The notes under the pieces were generated by a model that was not told the origin of the DNA, did no database searches, and was given only the letters and a program-made list of their open reading frames with translations. DNA of 64,000 bases, taken from contig JBNRSN020000045.1 of NCBI GenBank assembly GCA_051313645.2, positions 3,224,001 to 3,288,000 on the forward strand, read 5' to 3'. Positions 1 to 10,913 of this stretch are shown here, piece by piece. Every line of letters begins with the position of its first letter. The stretch's first letter is position 1. The translations under genes and the position numbers were made by a program. This stretch comes from Centroscyllium fabricii. Its lineage: Eukaryota.

Positions 1-39
1 GAAAGGTGGGCCTTTATTACAAGAGGATTTGAGTGTGTA

Positions 40-380
40 ATATATCCAAGTTTTTTAAATGGTGAGAGTTTGGGAAATGTTGTTGTTCAGAGGGACCTGG
101 GTGTCCTTGTACACAAATCACTGAAAGTTAACAGGCAGGTACAGCAAGCAATTAGGAAAGCAAATGGTATGTTGGCCTTTATTACAAGAGGATTTGAGCA
201 TAAGAGTAAAGATGTCTTACTGCAATTATATAGGGTCCTGGAAGACCACACCTGGAGTATTGTGGACAGTTTGGGTCTCCTGAACTAAGGAAGGATATAC
301 TTGCTACAGAGGGAGTGCAATGAAGGTTCACCAGACTGGTTACTGGGATGAGGGATTGTCCTCTGAGAAATTGAGAAGAA
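40..380 (+). mobile_element. CR1 LINE ORF2 3' fragment (host of the nested CR1 at 381-3091)
   Basis: ORF 70-288 has the CR1 RT C-terminal signature QRDLGVLVH...KANGMLAFITRGFEHKSKDVLLQLYR. The reading resumes at about 3092 (GLYSLEFRRMRGDLIETYK). Confidence 0.85.
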
Positions 381-3091
381 TATATAGAAACATAGAAGAT
401 AGGAGCAGGAGTAGGCCATTCGGCCCTTCGAGCCTGCTCTGCCATTCAATGAGATCATGGCTGATCTTTGGCTGAGATCATGGCTGATCTTTCAAGTTCA
501 GTACCCCGTCCCCGCCTTCTCTCCGTAACCCCTAATCCCTTTAGCCTGAAGAAATATATCCAATTCCTTCTTAAATATATTTAATGAACTGGCCTCCACT
601 GCCCTCTGTGGCAAGGAATTCCACAGGCTCACCACTCTCTGGGTGAAGAAATTCTTCCTCATATCTGTCCTAAATGGTTTACCCCTTATCCTTAGACTGT
701 GGCCCCTGGTTCTGGACTCCCCCGCCATTGAAAACATTCTTTCTGAATCTAACCTGTCCAGGCCTGTCAGAATTTTACATGTTCCGATGAGATACCCTCT
801 CAATCTTCTAAACTCCAGCGAGTACAAGCCCAAACTGCACAGTCTCTCCTCGTAGGTCATTCCTGCCATTCCAGGTATCATCCTGGTGAATCGCCGCTGC
901 ACTCCTTCCATGGCAAGAACATCCTTCCTCAGATGAGGCGACCAAAACTGTGCACAATACTCAAGGTGTGGTCTCACCAGTGCCTTGTACAGCTGTAGTA
1001 AGGTATGCTTATTCCTATACTCGAACCCTCTTGATATGAAGGCCAACATACCATTTGTCTTCTTAACCACCTGTTGCACCTGCATGCTCGCCCTCAGTGA
1101 CTGGTGCACAAGAACACCCAGGTCTCTCTGCACTTCCCCATCTCCCAATCTATTGCCATTTAAATAATAATCTGCCCTCCTGTTTTTGCCCCCAAAGTGG
1201 ATAACCTCACATTTATCCACATTATAGTGCATTTGCCATGTATCTGCCCGTTCCAACTTGTCCAAATCGCACTGGAGCTTCCTGACGTCCTCTTCAGAGC
1301 CGACCCCCCCTCCTAGTTTAGTGTCGTCTGCAAATTTGGAGATGTTGCATACAATTCCCTGGTCCAGATCATTAATATATATTGTGAACAGCTGGGGTCC
1401 CAGGACAGATCCCTGTGGCACCACACTAGTCACCGCCTGCCACTCAGAGAACGAGCCGTGTATTCCAACTCTCTGTTTTCTATCTGCCAGCCAGTTCTCT
1501 ATCCACGTCAATACTTTGCCCCCAATCCCATGAGCCTTAATTTTGCATGCTAATCTTTTATGTGGGACCTTATCGAAGGCTTTCTGGAAGTCAAGGTACA
1601 CCACATCTACTGGCTCTCCCCCATCTATTTTACCAGTTACTTCCTCAAAGAATTCCAATAGATTAGTCAAGCACGATTTACCTTTTGTAAATCTATGTTG
1701 ACTCTGTCCGATCCCGTCCCTATTTGTCAAGTGCTCCGCTATTACATCCTTAATAATCGACTCTAGCATTTTGCCCACTACTGATGTAAGGCTTACTGGT
1801 CTATAATTCCCTGCTTTTTCTCTACCCCCCTTTTTAAATAGTGGGGTAACATTAGCTACCCTCCAATCCATGGGTACTGTTCCCGAGTCTATCGAGTTCC
1901 GGAAAATGATCCTTAAAGCATCTACTATCTCCAGGGCCACCTCCTTAAGTAGCCTAGGATGTAGATTATCAGGCCCTGGGGATTTGTCGGCCTTCAATCC
2001 CTTCAACTTCCCCAACACCATATCCTTAGAAATACTGATTTCTGTCAGCTCCTCCCTTGCATTAGTCACTATGTTTCCCGATATCCCAGGGAGGTTATTT
2101 GTGTCCTCCTTTGTGAAGACAGAACCAAAATATGAATTTAATTGGTCTGCCATTTCCTTATTCCCCATTATATATTCCCCTGAATCAGACTGCAAGGGAC
2201 CGACTTGGGATTTTACCAATCTTTTCCTCCTGATATACCTATAAAAGCTTTTGCAGTCGGTTTTTATGTTTGCCGCAAGCTTACTTTCGTAATCTATTTT
2301 CCCCCTCCTGATTAATCCCTTTGTCTTCCTTTGCTGTATCCTGAACTGCTCCCAATCTTCAGGTCTGGTGCTTTTTTTGGCCAATTGATATGTCCTTTTT
2401 TTGGATTTTATGTTGTCCCTAATTTCCCTTGTTATCCACGGCTGAGTCACCTTTTTAGGTTTATTTTTATGCCAAACCGGTATAAACAAGTTCTGTAATT
2501 CTTCCATTCTATCTTTGAATGCTGCCATTGTCTATCCACCGTCAATCCCCCCAGAAACACCGCCCAATCAATCTTACTTAATTCCCTTCTCATACCATCA
2601 TAATTCCCTTTATTTAAATTCAGGACTTTAGTCTCTGAGTCAATTTCTTCACTCTCCATCTCAAGTGAGAATTCGATCATATCGCTCCGACCCAAGGGGC
2701 CTCGTACAACAAGATTGCCAATTAGTCCCTTCTCATTGCACAATAACCAGTCTAAGATGGCCTGATCCCGAGTTGGTTCCTCGACATATTGGTCCTGGTA
2801 ACCGTCCCGTAAACATTCTAGGAATTCCTCCTCCTCAGTATTTTTACTAATTTGGCTAGTCCAATCTGTATGTAAATTAAAGTCACCTATGATGATAGCT
2901 GTGCCCTTATTGCACGCTTCTCTAATTTTCCTTTTTATGCCTTCCTCCACCTCCATATTACTGTTTGGAGGCCTATATACCACTCCCACTAAAGTTTTCC
3001 GCCCCTTGCAATTTCTCAGTTCTACCCATATAGATTCCGCATCATCCGAGTTAATGTCCTTCCTTTCAATTGCGTTAATCCCTTCTTTCAC
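381..3091 (-). mobile_element. CR1 LINE, 5'-truncated within the endonuclease, with 3' UTR and (TTCTATGT)-like tail
   Basis: APE endonuclease motifs (VGVVYRPPNS, IIGDFN, LGRSD) in ORF 2447-3091 and RT in ORF 498-2528. The CR1 3' UTR (GGCTCGAAGGGCCGAATGGCCTACTCCTGCTCCTATCTTCTATGTTTCTAT) ends at about 381. Confidence 0.95.
498..2528 (-). pseudogene. CR1 ORF2 reverse transcriptase domain (676-aa open segment, frameshifted from the endonuclease part)
   Basis: Motifs [31 protein letters not shown] and KFADD are present. There is a frame break near 2525 and substitutions in conserved positions (QHGF to QHRF, TSGV to TSVV). Confidence 0.9.
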
Positions 3092-3308
3092 CAGGCCTAT
3101 ATTCTCTGGAGTTTAGAAGAATGAGAGGTGATCTCATTGAAACATACAAAGTCCTTACGGGGCTTGACAGGGTAGGTGCTGGGAGGATGTTTCCCCTGGC
3201 TGGGGAGTCTAGAACCAGGGGTCACAGTCTCAGAATAAGGGGTCGGCCATTTAAGACTGAGATGAGGAGAAATGGCCCACGCCTGGTCCTATTTCTTATG
3301 TTCTTATA
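3092..3308 (+). mobile_element. Continuation and 3' end of the + strand CR1 begun at 40-380
   Basis: MRGDLIETYKVLTGLDRV...GESRTRGHSLRIRGRPFKTEMRRN, followed by a TTCTTATGTTCTTAT tail. Confidence 0.85.
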
Positions 3309-3351
3309 AATCAGTGAGTGTAGAACTGAACCCAGCCAGAGTCAGCACCGT

Positions 3352-6300
3352 CATAGAAATATAGAAGATAGGAGCAGGAGTAGACCATTCGGCCCCTCGA
3401 GCCTGCTCCGCCATTCAATGAGATCATGGCTGATCATCCAAACTCAGTACCCTGTCCCTGCCTTCTCCCCATATCCCTTGAGCCTGAAGAAATATATCTA
3501 ACTCCTTCTTGAATATATTTAATGAATCGGCCTCAACTGCCTTCTGTGGCAGAGAACTCCACAGGTTCACCACTCTGGGTGAAGAAATTCCTCCTCATCT
3601 CTGTCCTAAATGGCCTACCACTAATCCTTAGACTGTGACCCCTGGTTCTGGACTCCCCGGCCATCGAGAACATCCTTCCTGCATCTAGTTTATCTAGTTC
3701 TGTTAGAATTTTATAAGTTTCAATGAGATCCCCTCTCATTCTTCTAAACTCCAGCGAATATAAACCCAATCGACCCAATCTGTCCTCATATGTCATTCCT
3801 GCCATCCCAGGTATCAGTCTGGTGAATCTTCGCTGCACTCCCTCCATGGCAAACACATCCTTCCTTAGATAAGGCGACCAAAACTGCACACAATACTCAA
3901 GATGTGGTCTCACCAAGGCCCTGCACAACTGCAGCAAGCCATCCTTGTTCCTGTACTCAAACCCTCTCGCTACGAAGGCCAACATACCATTTGCCTTCTT
4001 AACTGCCTGCTGCACCTGTATGCTAACCTTCAGCGACTGGTGCACAAGGACACCCAGGTCTTGTTGCACTTCCCCTTTTCCCAATCTATTGCCGTTAAGA
4101 TAATCTGCCTTCCTGTTTTTGCCACCAAAATGGATAACCTCGCATTTATCCACATTATACTGCATCTGCCCAATAACCCAACCTGTCCAATTCATACTGG
4201 AGTTTCACTGCATCCTCCTCACAGCACACACGCCCACCCAGCTTTGTATCGTCTGCAAACTTGGAGATATTACATCTAGTTCCCACATCTATATCGCCAA
4301 TATATATTATGAATAGCTGGGGTCCTAAGACAGATCCCTGCGGTACTCCACTAGTCACTGCCTGCCACTCGGAAAAAGACCCGTTTATTCCAACTCTTTG
4401 CTTCCTGTCTGCCAACCAGTTCTGTATCCAAGTCAGTACCTTGCCCCAATCCCGTGTGCCTTAACTTTACACGCTAATCTCTTATGCGGGACCTTATCTA
4501 AAGCCTTCTGAAAGTCCATATACACCACATCCACTGTTTCTCCCTTATCTATGCTACCAGTTACATCCTCAAAAAATTCTAGTCGATTAGTCAAGCACGA
4601 TTTATTTCTTGTAAGTCCATGTTGACTTTGTCCAATCCTGTCACTGTTTTCCAAGTGCTCTGCTATTACATCTTTTATAATGGCCTCTAGCATTTTCCCC
4701 ACGACCAATGTCAGGCTTACAGATCTATAATTCCCCGTTTTCTATCGACCACCTTTTTTGAATAGTGGGGTAACATTAGCTACCCTCCAATCCATGGGAT
4801 CTGTTCCAGCGTCTATAGAATTTTGGAAGATGACCAGCAATGCATTTACTATTTCTAGTGACACTTCCTTCAGTACCCTAGGATGTAGATTATCAGGCCC
4901 TGGGGATTTATCAGCCTTCAATCCCGTCAATTTCCCTAACACCATTTCCCCAAAAATACTGATTTCATTCAGTTCCTCCCCCATTAGACCCTATGTTCCC
5001 CGACATCTCTGGGAGGTTATTTGTGTCCTCCTTTGTGAAGACAGAACTAAAGTATGTATTTAATTGGTCACCCATTTCTTTGTTCCCCATTATAAATTCC
5101 CCTGATTCTGACTGCAAGGGACCTATGCTTGACTTCACCAATCTTTTTCTTTTCACATATCTATAGAAGCTTTTACAGTCAGTTTTTATGATCCCTGCAA
5201 GCTTACTCTCATACTCTATTTTACCCCTCTTAATTAATCCCTTTGTCCTCCTTTGCTGAATCCTAAACTGCTCCCAATCCTCAGGTTTGCTGCTTTTTCT
5301 GGCCATTTATATGTCCTCTCCTTGGATCTTATGTTATCCCTAATTTCCCTTCTTAGCCACGGTTGAGTCACCCTTTTTGTTTTATTTTTAGCCAAACAGG
5401 GATGAATAAATTCTGTAGTTCATCCATGCAATCTTTAAATGTTTGCCATTGCCTATCCACCGTCAACCCTTTGAGTGACATTCCCTAATCAATCATACCC
5501 AACTCGCGCCTCATACCATCGTAGTTTCCTTAATTTAACCAGCAATGCTACCTCACCTCCTTTTCCTTTTTGCCTGTCTTTCCTGAATATTGAATACCCC
5601 TGGATATTGAGTTCCCACCCTTGGTCACCCTGGAGCCATGTTTCCGTAATTTGAATCACATCATATCCATTTACATCTATTTATGCAGCTAATTCATCCA
5701 CCTTATTATGAATGCTCCTCGCATTAAGACACAAAAATCTCCCGCCTTATTTCTTTAACACTCTTAGACCTTTTATAATTACTATTTACTGTGGCCATGT
5801 TTGATTGAAACCCTTAATTTCTCTGATTGCCACTTTTGTTTTTCTCCTTCCTGTCTCTTGCTTCTATCCCGGTTTCCCTTTCCTCTGTCTCCCTCCACAG
5901 GTTCCCAACCCCCTGCCATTTTAGTTTAAACCCTCCCTCACAACACTAGCAAACACTCCCCCAGGACTTTGGTCCCAGTCCTGCCTAGGTGCAAACTGTC
6001 CGTTTTGTACTGGTCCCACCTCCCCCAGAACCAGTTCCAATATCCCAGGAATTTGAATCCCTTCCCCTTGCACCATTACTCTAGCCATGAAATATCCTTC
6101 TATTTCTACTCTGACTAGCACGTGGCACTGGTCGCAATCCTGAGATAACTACCTTTGAGGTCCTATTTTTTAATTTACCTCCTAACTCCCTATATTCACC
6201 TTTTAGGACCTCACCCTGGTTTTTACCTATATCTTTGGTACCTATATGCACCACGACAACTGGCTGTTCACCTTCCCCTTCCAAAATGCTCTGTAGCCGC

Positions 6301-7050
6301 TCCGAGACATCCTTGACCCTTGCATCAGGGAGGCAACACACCATCGTGGAGTCACGTTTGCGGCCGCAGAAACGCCTGTCTCATAGAGTCATACAGTAAT
6401 ACAGCACAGAAAGAGGCCCTTCGGCCCATTGTGTCCATGCCAGCCATCTATTCCCCTTACAATAGAAGCCGCTCACTATAGCTCTCCCACTCTTTTTCCT
6501 CCCGTCCTGCGCAGCAGAACCACCCACGGTGCCAGGAAGTTGGCTGCTGCTGCATTCCCTCGATAAGCCATCTCCCTCACCGTTATCCAAAGTGGTATAT
6601 CTGTTTGAGAGGGGGATCGCCACAGGGGATTCCTGCACTACCTGCCTGCGCCTACTACTCTGTATGGTGGTCACACATTCCCTTCCTGTCTGTGCAGCCT
6701 TTACCTGCGGTGTGACCAATTGATTAAACGTGATATTCATGACATCCTCTGCATCGCGAATGCTCCAGTATGTATCCATTCGCAGCTCCAGCGCCTCAAT
6801 GCGATCTGCCAGTAGCTGCAGCTGGATTCACTTCCCGCACACATGGTCATCAGGGACACAGGAAGTGTCCCTGATTTCCCACACAGCGCAGGAGGAGCAT
6901 ACCACAGCAGTGAGCTGTGCTGCCATGACTTACCCTTTTAATTAATTTAACTTAAATTAAATCAACTGAATCCCACCAATCACACTACAATTAAGTGATA
7001 CACTCAAGGGCCCTTGTTTACCAGCAGACCCCGCTACACAACAGAGACCC
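3352..7050 (-). mobile_element. Near full-length decayed CR1 with ORF1 (Cys-pair zinc-finger-like N-terminus plus SGNH esterase) and ORF2 with an internal endonuclease deletion
   Basis: RT fragments at 3533-5306. ORF1 esterase signature CCLPDARVKDV...VVVHIGTKDIG at 6081-6344. The ORF1 start MAAQLTAVVCSSC reads on - near 6926. ORF2 jumps across most of the APE domain at about 5538. A short 3' end of another CR1 is inserted at about 6381-6448. Confidence 0.88.
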
Positions 7051-7480
7051 TAGAAACTATAAACCACAGAATTTCCTGATCCGAGCTATCTCTGCAAAGC
7101 ACAGATTCTGACCTTGTAACCTGCCCATGTTATTTCTGCAAGGCAAGAATATTTTGTCTTTTCGAGAACCATTTGTAGCTTCACAAACAAGCGACGGCCA
7201 CCGCATCGCTCCGTTCTTATCTATGTTACCTTGTATACGTGCTACCCTGCCTGGCTGCATCTTCCCTCGAGCCAGACTCTGCAGCTGACTCGGCAGTTTT
7301 TAACTTCCCATCATCTCAGTACTTGTCTTTTAGAGTTTAGCTGGATCAATACAATAAATTCAGACCTATCTACCGTTTAACTCAGGGTATGAATTAATTC
7401 GCTACCTCCACCCTGTACACTGGTGCTACCTTATACATATTCTAACATAAACTAAAGTATAATATTAATTTGGTTACTGC

Positions 7481-8714
7481 AGAGATCATGGCTGATCTTC
7501 TGCCTCAATTCCATTCACCGGCCTTCTCGCCATATCCCTTGATGCCCTTACTAGTCAGACGTCTATTGACTTGTGTTTTGAATATACCCAATGACTGAGC
7601 CTCCACAGCCCTCTGGGGTAGAGAATTCCAAAGATTCACCACCCTCTGTGTGAAGAAATTTCTTCTCATCTCAGTCCTGAATGGCCGACTCTTTATCCTG
7701 AAGCTGTGACCCCTGGTTCTAGACTCCCCAGCCAAGGGAAACATTCTCCCAGCATCCACCCTATCAAGCCCTATAATAATTTTGGATGCTTCAATGAGAT
7801 CCCCTCTCATTCTCATGAATTCAAGAGAATACAGGCCTAGTTTACTCAATCTCTTCTCATATGACAGTCCCGCCATCCCAGGAATCAATCTCGTGAACCT
7901 TCGTTGCACTCCCTCTATGGCAAGTATATCCTTCCTTCGGTCAGGAGACCAAAATTGCACACAGTACTCCAGGTGTGGTCTCACCAAGGCCCTATATAAT
8001 TGGAGTAAGACTTCTTTACTCCTGTACTCAAATCCTCTTGGAATGAAGGTCAGCAAACCATTTGCCTTCCTAATGGCTTTCTGCACCTGCACATTCACTT
8101 TCAGTGACTCATGTACAAGGACACCCAGGTCCCTTTGAGCAATCTGCATTCCCCAATCTTTCACCATTTAGGAAATACTCTGCCATTCTTTTTTCTACCA
8201 AAGTGGATAACTTCACATTAATCCACATTATATTCTATCTGCCATGTTCTCGCCCACTCACTGAGCCTGTCGAGATCTTCACATCCTCTTCACAACTGAC
8301 ACAGCCACCTAGCTTTGTGTCATCAGCAAATTTGGAAATGTTATATTTAGTCCCCTCATCCAAATCATTGATATAGATTGTGAATAGCTGGGGCCCAAGC
8401 ACCGATCCTTGCGGTATCCCACTAGTCACAGCCGGCCATCCTGAAAAAGACCCGTTTATTCCAACTCTTTGCTTTCTGTCTGCCAACCAGTTCTCTATCC
8501 AAGTCAATAGAATCATAGAATCCCTACAGTGCAGATAGAGGCCATTTCGGCCCATTGAGCCTGCACCAACACATATCCCACCCTATCCCCGTAACCCCAC
8601 ATATTTAATCCCCCTAACACTAAGGGTCAATTTATCCTGGCCAATCAACCTAACCTGCACATCTTTGGACATCAATACCTTGCCCCAATCCCATGCACCT
8701 TAATTTTACACACT
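7481..8714 (-). mobile_element. CR1 LINE 3' fragment
   Basis: ORFs 7505-8167 and 8235-8555 contain [13 protein letters not shown] and LVRPHLEYCVQFW. Confidence 0.92.
8506..8670 (-). mobile_element. 5'-truncated HE1/V-SINE-type SINE inserted in CR1
   Basis: Reverse of GTCCAAAGATGTGCAGGTTAGGTTGATTGGCCA...TTGACCCTTAGTGTTAGG, which matches the full copies at 34487 and 59543. CR1 resumes afterwards, with TCAATA duplicated. Confidence 0.8.
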
Positions 8715-8940
8715 GGGCCCCAAGCTCTGGAATTACTCCCCTGAACCTCTCTGTCTCTCTCCCTCTCTCTCCTTTAAGATGCTCCTTATAACCGACCTCT
8801 TTGGCCAAGCTTTTGGTCATCTGCTCGAATAGCTCCTGATGTGGTTCGGTGTCAGTTTTTGTTTTCTAACGCTCCTGTGAAGAGCCTTGGGACATTTCAC
8901 TACATTAAAGGCGCTTTATAAATACAAGTGGTTGTTGTTG
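8715..8940 (+). mobile_element. L2-type LINE 3' end
   Basis: CCAAGCTCTGGAATT...CCTTTAAGATGCTCCTT...AAAGGCGCTTTATAAATACAAGTGGTTGTTGTTG tail, homologous to 25360-25540. Confidence 0.7.
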
Positions 8941-9234
8941 TTTCCTGAAACTAATAATAAATTCCCCAGAGGGAGAAAAACTTGTACTTTTACTCCCAAA
9001 TATTAGAAGGTTTGTTCTACAGAAGCACGGGGTTTATCTGCTTTTATTGATGAATTTAAAAAGTCTGTATTAAACCCTGAGCCAGTGTGTTGTGAGCCAA
9101 AGAGCCTTGTGTCCAATGCGGGGAATAAAGGCCCACAGCCTCCCCTGGCCCCGGGCCCTGAACAAGGGACTGGAGAAACTCGGCCAGGATCCGAGGGCGC
9201 AGCTCTGAGTGGGGGGAGGAGAGTTGGTGTCCTC

Positions 9235-9330
9235 TGGGCATGCGCAGTTATTACCCATGGTAACCAGGAGGGGTCGCTGTGCCAACCCAAACCGCCGTCC
9301 CGCGTGCGCATGCGCGGACCCTCGGCTGTC
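9235..9330. promoter_or_regulatory. CpG-rich promoter-like element with NRF1 and RFX-like motifs
   Basis: GCGCATGCGC at about 9306-9315, GCATGCGCA at about 9238-9246 and an X-box-like TTACCCATGGTAAC at 9251-9264. Confidence 0.45.
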
Positions 9331-9367
9331 AATCAACCATCAGCCAGAAGAGGTCACTGGTGAGACC

Positions 9368-10196
9368 AGTGAAGAAATAAAGACTTGCATTTATATAGCG
9401 CCTTTCACCACCACCGGACGACCCAAAGCACTTTACAGCCAATGAAGTACTTTTTGAAGTGTCGTCACTGTTGTAATGTAGGAAACGTTTAAGTCAATAA
9501 TCGCACAGCAAGCTCCCACAAACAGCAATGTGATAATGACCAGATAATCTCTCATTTTGTTTTGTTGATAGAGGGAGAAACATTGGCTGGGACACTGGGG
9601 ATACCTCCCCTGCTCTCTCCCACATTACAACAGTGACTACACCTTAAAAGTACCTCATTGGCTGTAAAGCTCTTCAAGACATCTGGTGGTCATGAAAGGC
9701 ACGTTATAAATGCAAGATTTTCTTTCTCAAAATAGTGACATGGGAACTTTTATATCCCCGAGAGAGCAGACGGGGCCTCAGTTTAACGTCTCATCCAAAA
9801 AACGTCACCTCCGACAGTGCTGCACTCCCTCAGCACTGCACTGGAGTGTCAGCCTGGATTTTTGTGCTCAAGTATAATAATAATAATAATAATTCAACTT
9901 TATTGTCATTATACAATGTACAAGTACATGAACAACGAAATGTGATCTTGCAACCTCCCAAGAGTCCAGCAAAGCCGCTGCGTCTGTGCGCGCCGCCATT
10001 CCATCTTTCCATCATTCCGACAATCTTCAGCCAACCGCCCCTCCCCGGGGCTCCTTTCGTGACCTTCTGCACCTGGTATTCCCTGGTGGTCACCCATCCA
10101 AGTACTAACCAGGCCTGGCTCTGCTTAGCTTCCAAGCCTTGCCAGTGGCCCTGTCCCTAGTCCCTAGTCTCTGGAGTGGGACTTGAACCCACAACT

Positions 10197-10230
<34 letters not shown>

Positions 10231-10244
10231 TCACTGGCTGACAC
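9368..10244 (-). mobile_element. tRNA-headed Deu-domain SINE (SacSINE/AmnSINE-like), split by an inverted copy of its own 3' end (about 9620-9727) and by a 5S-derived SINE
   Basis: Reverse Deu-type 3' region (TACATTACAACAGTGAC...AAAGGCGCTATATAAATGCAAG) and a tRNA head with a B-box (GGTTCAAGTCC) at about 10178-10190. Confidence 0.8.
9874..10165 (-). mobile_element. 5S rRNA-derived SINE (SINE3-type) with (TAT)n tail
   Basis: The minus strand at 10135-10062 reads GGAAGCTAAGCAGAGCCAGGCCTGGTTAGTACTTGGATGGGTGACCACCAGGGAATACCAGGTGCAG, the 3' part of 5S rRNA including boxes A and C. It ends ...TGACAATAAAGTTGAATTATTATTATT. AGT is duplicated at both junctions. Confidence 0.85.
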
Positions 10245-10256
10245 AAAAGAACAAGC

Positions 10257-10293
10257 AGTTCTGACGAAAGGTCATCGACCTGAAACATTAACT
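10257..10293 (+). ncRNA. Minimal type-I hammerhead ribozyme motif in a PLE-derived terminal fragment (10257-10357)
   Basis: AGTT-CTGACGA-A-AGGTC-atc-GACCT-GAAA-ca-TT-AACT. The core, perfect stem II and stem I (AGTT/AACT) are present. The stem III palindrome has one mismatch. Confidence 0.65.
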
Positions 10294-10394
10294 CTGTTTC
10301 TCTCTCCACAGATGCTGCCTGACCTGCTGAGTGTTTCCAGCATTTTCTGTTTTTATTAGAGAAACGAGGGGGTCATTGCTGACAGGAACAATGT

Positions 10395-10680
10395 TGGGTC
10401 GTCCTGCGCGTGCGCACTTCCTCTGCGGCTGAGGCGAAACACCAACGAACCCCCACCTGAGCCGCGCACGCGTACCAGATGTTGCGCTTCCACATATGCG
10501 CCCGATGTTCCAACCGCGGGGTTTTGTGTGCTGAGCATGTGCGTTGTGGACCGATTGGGATGGGCGATTGTGGAGCAGGAGGGTGAGCGCGGGGGCCATG
10601 AGCACATGCGCGGGACTCAGAGTCAACAGAGTGCTTTCTGGAGCGCGGGGGCTTGTGGGTATTACAGCCGCCATTACTGC
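10395..10680 (+). promoter_or_regulatory. CpG-rich putative promoter/5' region of ZNF gene A
   Basis: Many GCGC/CGCG words. The segment 10600-10680 is homologous to 14770-14860 upstream of gene B. Confidence 0.5.
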
Positions 10681-10913
10681 TGATCCTTTCAACCAACCTG
10701 TGCAGCAGCCGGGGCCTGAAAATCAGCTTCACTGCCCCTAGGGTCAGAAAGGGGAAAATTAAACACCAGTTTGCCTCTGATCCTTTTCTGATCTCAATTT
10801 ACAGGGTTATAGAAGTGGAGCAGTTACAGGCGGGAAGCTCAGGCCAAACATCACATCAAGATCTGACAGAGTCGCTCGATTCATCAGGACCTGAATATCA
10901 TCGGCCTTTGCAC

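Noticed and set aside
498-3091. Active autonomous CR1
   Set aside because: It is 5'-truncated, frameshifted between EN and RT and has no ORF1.
10062-10135. Functional 5S rRNA gene
   Set aside because: It lacks about the first 45 nt, is diverged, has no T-run terminator and is embedded in a tailed insertion.
10653-10804. ORF-track N-terminal extension of ZNF A
   Set aside because: It starts at GTG and crosses a polypyrimidine tract and acceptor conserved in paralogues, so it is likely intronic.
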